NCBI GenBank assembly: GCA_043800755.1
Contig: JAZDMQ010000014.1
Location: 1 to 18,127 of the forward strand
DNA length: 18,127 bases
Reading direction: 5' to 3'
From: a bacterium
Lineage (GTDB): Bacteria > Methylomirabilota > Methylomirabilia > CAVQYV01
Shown: positions 17,156 to 18,127 of the stretch, piece by piece
Layout of the letters: each line of letters begins with the position of its first letter
Position numbering within the stretch: the first letter of the stretch is position 1
Position numbers and translations under genes: made by a program
Notes under the pieces: generated by a model
Databases searched by the model: none
Told to the model about the DNA's origin: nothing
The model's input: only the letters and a program-made list of their open reading frames with translations

Positions 17156-17180
17156 GAAATTGGGATGTGTCCCTAATTTC
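17156..17180. repeat. REP-like imperfect palindrome GAAATTGGGATGTGTCCCTAATTTC at the boundary of the low-GC segment
   Basis: 9-bp stem GAAATTGGG / CCTAATTTC with one G-T pair. Confidence 0.5.
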
Positions 17181-17404
17181 CTCCAGGTATGATCGATGAC
17201 GCGCAATTTACTTCTGTTCCGTTCTTGAGATTCCGCAAAAGCCTGTCTAATAAGTTGGTCAGTGAACTCAACTTGAAAGAGAAAACCCAATCAAATCTTG
17301 TAATGGCCAAAGAGAATACGGTCTTCATTGTCAATTCTAGCCGATTCGAGGAATTCTTGAATTTTTTTGGCATAGACGACGGTTACTTCAGAAAATTCGG
17401 GTAA
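17177..17404 (+). pseudogene. Low-GC ORF, probably the 3' remnant of an integron cassette gene (ATG at 17189 gives 71 aa)
   Basis: 70/180 G+C (39%) counted over 17221-17400. Frame is open from the palindrome to TAA at 17402-17404, immediately before the attC R'' box. Confidence 0.5.
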
Positions 17405-17406
17405 TG

Positions 17407-17470
17407 CCCTAACCAGGGCATCCAGCGGATCGCCAAAACTGCCGGCTCCCGCTGATGCCCATCGTTGGGC
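17407..17470 (+). mobile_element. Integron attC recombination site
   Basis: R'' CCCTAAC (17407-17413), 5-nt spacer, L'' CATCCAGC (17419-17426, one extra base), L' GCTGATG (17451-17457), 6-nt spacer, R' GTTGGGC (17464-17470, GTTRRRY). Sits between a stop codon and the next ORF. Confidence 0.85.
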
Positions 17471-17495
17471 GCTTCGCTTCGCATGGAGTAGAGAG

Positions 17496-18008
17496 ATGGA
17501 AAGAGACGAGTTGATCCGAATACTCCGAGAGGCGCTAAATCCGGCATCGGACAATGCTGTCCGGGCGCGCGAGAGCGCGTCGAAGCTCCCGCCCGATATC
17601 GCCGATGCATTGTTCATTCACACGATCTCAAGACCAATCGAAGCGGTACTGGCCAAATCCGAACCATTCGAAGGCGGCGGCTTCCTCGTTCAACAAGAGA
17701 ATGGATACTCGGGGTTCTATGCGAATGAAGCGAGCATTGTTCTCTCTAGACGAGTCCTTCAAGGCGACACGCCCGAACAGGCCGTGGGCTGGCTCGAGAA
17801 GATTATCTCAACCAACCGCGCTAACGGGACCGGGGTCTTGGCGATATGGGGCGTTAAGATCGCGTCGCCGGTAGAACTGGGACTCGGTGTTACCCTATTG
17901 CCGTTCTCGGCATTGCCGGACTCGACTACGAAGAGAAGATTCTCCCAGTCGCGTGATCCCGTGGCCTCCCCTATCTTCCCGAGTTTCTTAGGACTTATCC
18001 GTAATTAA
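17496..18008 (+). pseudogene. Integron cassette ORF interrupted by an IS; resembles the N-terminal region of Apea-like HEPN proteins
   Basis: Starts 25 nt after attC with RBS GGAG. Its stop codon falls inside the IS end. The AVGWLEKI...VLAIWGVKI...VELGLGVTLLPFSALPDS pattern resembles such proteins (recalled, not searched). Confidence 0.55.
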
Positions 18009-18127
18009 TCTTGCATAAACCTCTGAGTCATACTATACTCCTGCCGGGAGGTGATGGTATGGCCAAGATTCGATCATGGGAAGTATCCGACGAGTTCTGG
18101 AAGCGAGTGGAGCCCCTCATTCCCAAG
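17991..18127 (+). mobile_element. Left end of an IS5-family insertion sequence (boundary approximate)
   Basis: Abrupt AT-rich end GGACTTATCCGTAATTAA after TTA. Promoter TTGCAT (18011-18016)-N17-TATACT (18034-18039), RBS GGAGGTG, transposase start. Confidence 0.75.
18059..18127 (+). CDS. IS5-family transposase, N-terminal fragment (runs off the window)
   Basis: MAKIRSWEVSDEFWKRVEPLIPK matches the (L/V)SDxxWxxIEPL(L/I)P N-terminal motif of IS5-family transposases. Confidence 0.8.
   Translation, partial: MAKIRSWEVSDEFWKRVEPLIPK

Overview
Bacterial chromosomal window of about 55-65% GC, from a diderm (DnaK carries the Gram-negative-type subdomain IB insertion). From left to right it holds: the 3' part of a type I restriction subunit (hsdR) with an in-frame palindromic repeat insertion; an orphan MNT nucleotidyltransferase; radC; glycogen debranching enzyme glgX; an SPFH/prohibitin gene; a YkgJ-type Cys-cluster gene; a minus-strand operon (HAD phosphatase, 8-Cys zinc-ribbon protein, nth, and a 29-aa bS22/mS38-like ribosomal protein missing from the ORF track); and a heat-shock operon dnaK-hsp20-dnaJ-hspR-htpX with a HAIR-like operator over the dnaK -35 box, followed by two exported hypothetical proteins. 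The last 1.4 kb is accessory. It has two tandem promoter + conserved stem-loop units (GGAGCCGTTC...AAGGCTCC, candidate ncRNA family), a REP-like palindrome, a low-GC gene remnant ending in an integron attC site, a second cassette ORF, and the left end of an IS5-family element that interrupts it. All calls come from reading the sequence and from recalled family motifs; no database searches were run.
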